From contig CDRNST010000119.1 in assembly GCA_977016875.1 (NCBI GenBank), positions 744,001 to 808,000 of the forward strand: DNA of 64,000 bases, given 5' to 3'. Both the position numbers and the translations under genes were made by a program. This stretch comes from Pavona decussata (taxonomy: Eukaryota). Numbering within the stretch: position 1 is the first letter of the stretch; every line of letters starts with the position of its first letter. The notes under the pieces were generated by a model, which worked only from the letters and a program-made list of their open reading frames with translations, had not been told where the DNA came from and ran no database searches. Positions 61,101 through 64,000 of the stretch are shown one piece after another.

Positions 61101-64000
61101 ATAAACCAGAATTCTTTCAAGGGTCTTCCGTAATGGTCTGTAGGCTCGTTTCTTCCACCTCTGGAAGCTGGTAACAAAACTGTGCTTTTTCTTTATGAAC
61201 AAATGAATCAAGGAAAAAGTGCACTGCCAGCATGGACCAGTGGCCTTTAAATAGCTTGAGAACATTGCCTGTGTCGTCATTCCTGGCATAGTGAACAGCA
61301 CAGAGTTCAGGCGCATCCACACGATTTAATATTGTGTACAATGCGTTTTCCAAGGGTGTATCACTGGCTGGGTTTCCTCCAAGAATTATGCCATCACTGT
61401 CGTTTACCACAACTGTGTCGAGGTATGCAAAACATCCAAACGACCCCTTTCTGGAACAGAGGCTTGATAAGCACTTTGATCCAAGTATGGCTGGTGAAGC
61501 TCATCTCCAACTTTACACTCTGTGTAGTATGTCTGGAACAGCTTGTAACGCATTTTTCACTTTCCTGTTGGTTAAGTGACTGAGCGGCTCATTACTAAAC
61601 TCCAAAATCGGGAACTGTTGGACATTCTTATGCACCTTCATAGCATCACCCAGGGCCGAGGCAGGGCTTCCAATGTCAATCTTCTCGTATAGAACTACAG
61701 CTATTCGAGGCCGCCTTGCTCATTGAGAAGCTGTTTTTTGCGATTCTGGTGCATCTTCTGGTTCGCCTGGCAAGGCCTTCATGGCTGTGCTAATCAGCTT
61801 GCCAACCTCACACGTTAGCTGAATGTTGAGTTAAAATTTCTGCTGTATGGCCAGGCATAATTTATTTAGAACCTAAACAAAAAAATGTACAACTTACTCA
61901 CCCATGGCTAGAGCTGTGTTTATTACCATAATGGTTATCATCATCATCGTGTCTTTTATTTAAACACAATAAAATTCGCGTCAAAAATTATATTCTCTTA
62001 CTTCTTAGCCCTATAAAAAGAAAACTGTTTTTGTCTTGGAAATACAACGCTGTACCTCGTTCCTGTACTTTGCAACAAGAAAGCCCGTTTCTGGGACTTT
62101 TTAGTTTAAATCGGTTAAAATAATAACATTATTTCATTTTGAGTCACATCAATTTAAGACATTTGTTTTCTTATCTGCTGAGCAACAACAATGGTTGAGG
62201 CATTTGTTGCACTTACTATGCGACAACTTACTAAGATGGAGAGTGCGTGTATTGCCTCATGCCTTATTTGCATCCTGCAATGTTGCTGGGAAATTTTCCG
62301 GAGCTCTTTTGATGGTGCTCAACTGGTCGTCAGAGAAAAGTGTTTTCCAGTGTCTTCCGTCTTCTGTGTAGCAAACAAGAAGTTCTTCATTTGCACGGAT
62401 ATTTCGCTTTGACTTGTTTCAAAGGAAACCCTTTCGCTTGGGAAACTGGCAGTTACCACGTTCAGCTATAAGCCTAGAGAACTTGGATCCTGCCAAGGAA
62501 AAAGGAAACAATCCGTCATTGCAATTTTTCCCCAACCCTGTCTCGTACTCCTTTTCTGTGCTGTCAGTGTCCACGGAAAATCCCTTTTTTTTGGACAGTC
62601 ACAAGGTAATCCCCAGATCTATTCGGATCATGCCAGCCTACAGTAGCTGTTGGTGCATAGGCAGAAACAAATGTGTCGGTAGGTATTGCTCAAACAGTAA
62701 AGAGCCCAGTGCCTGTACTTGCACCACCGATACCAATGCAAGTACTTTCACGAACCTGCAAGTGGTCCTCTGCTGTAGAAACAGGGGAATAATGGTGTCG
62801 CTCGCAATTTCTAAAATGGAAAAAATGAATAAATGAAGAATGATGTAATTAATAGTAAAGTAGAAAACTTGACTATTAATTTTGACAATTTTCCTGTCAC
62901 CTGTCCTTTTTCTGGGAGCTTAACGAGACGTGCTGTCCAAATGCAAACATAGCATAAACTACGACGTCTTTTGATCTAGTTCAAATAAAATGCTTTTGTA
63001 AGATGTTTTGGCACTACCTGTTTGGAAGAAGCGGAGTAAAATTTACTTATCTTTTTCACAGTAAATGCAAAGACATCGTAATTGTAATCGTAATTACAGA
63101 TGTTGGGGAGTGTTAGTACAATTAGTATTTGTATTATAAAGGCTGCTTTCTCTCTTATACTTGAATAGAGATACGATTATAAAAATACTCTAAACTTAAC
63201 CAACAAAAGCATAAGTTAATGATCAGATTAGAGATTTCCGTTTTATATAATTGAATAAGGGACTTGTTGTTTTTTTTTTACAGGAAGGTAACAAGAGGCT
63301 GTTCTTTTTGTTGCCTGGAGTCAGCATCAATGTACATTCCATAGACAGGACTCTCAGACTGGAATTGTGCACGAAGGTGTTTCTGTACCATTTGTCTACT
63401 GAAACCATAGACTTTCTGTTCTAGTTCCCTCTCATGCCAAGGTAATAAAGCAATCAGACGGCCTTCGTGCTGTATCCATTCAGGATATCCTCCTTGTCAC
63501 AACTGGCCAATATTAACAATGGAACTCTGACAAGACAACGTCATAAGTTGTATCAACATCAATTCCAATCAAATGGTTTATGGTGAAACTGCAGTTCAGA
63601 GGCCCAATGTGCTGCTCTCTTGCTATCCTCTGAAGGGCTAGCACGGGATTATCATAGCAGAACCTTATGAAGGCATGGCAATGTAGCGCCAGTAATGCAT
63701 TCAGACTGAGATGGAATGGTCATCCCTCTTTTGCAATCTTGGGATCAAAAGGGGACATTAAAACCAACTTCTCCACACAGGTGCAGAAAATAGCATCTAG
63801 ATTCTGAGCTCTCTCTCTGAAGGACATGTGGAGAACATAAACCAGAATTCTTTCAAGGGTCTTCCGTAATGGTCTGTAGGCTCGTTTCTTCCACCTCTGG
63901 AAGCTGGTAACAAAACTGTGCTTTTTCTTTATGAACAAATGAATCAAGGAAAAAGTGCACTGCCAGCATGGACCAGTGGCCTTTAAATAGCTTGAGAACA

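Larger units (their letters stand above)
46586..64000. repeat. Tandem macrosatellite, 2,737-bp unit, about 6.4 copies, running off the window
   Basis: Units start (GTTTTGGCACTACC) at about 46586, 49321, 52058, 54795, 57532, 60269 and 63005; the ORF track repeats every 2,737 bp; internal copies differ by only a few bases. Confidence 0.98.

Noticed and set aside
46586-64000. Array as tandem Helitron, rDNA, histone cluster or CRISPR
   Set aside because: No convincing hairpin-plus-CTRR end at the unit junction, no rRNA or histone similarity, and no repeat-spacer structure.

Overview
AT-rich eukaryotic DNA with GT-AG introns, most likely a stony coral or other cnidarian judging by the repeat families (inference). 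I see no intact host gene, RNA gene or CRISPR array. Bases 1-46.5 kb are a dense set of nested, decayed transposons: two Gypsy fragments; an AcademH-type (DUF6589-like) transposase gene split by an L2/CR1 LINE and by an AcademX element with TIRs and TSD; a Ulp1-like protease relic; a Tx1/L1 relic; a TTAA MITE holding a Helitron-like insert; a UBX-like gene relic; a BEL/Pao element whose LTR holds a 5.4-kb Kolobok with perfect TIRs; an EnSpm-like transposase facing away from an unknown partner gene; a kinase relic; a P-like transposase with a PHD finger; and a second AcademH relic whose RecQ-like helicase is interrupted by a Helentron-like element and by an ORF1-only LINE with a 12-bp TSD. From about 46.6 kb to the window end lies a nearly homogeneous tandem array of a 2,737-bp unit (about 6.4 copies visible). 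Each unit carries, on the minus strand, a stop- and frameshift-disrupted SET-domain exon and a large unknown exon; neither appears intact in the ORF track. Family assignments come from motif recognition by eye, not database searches.
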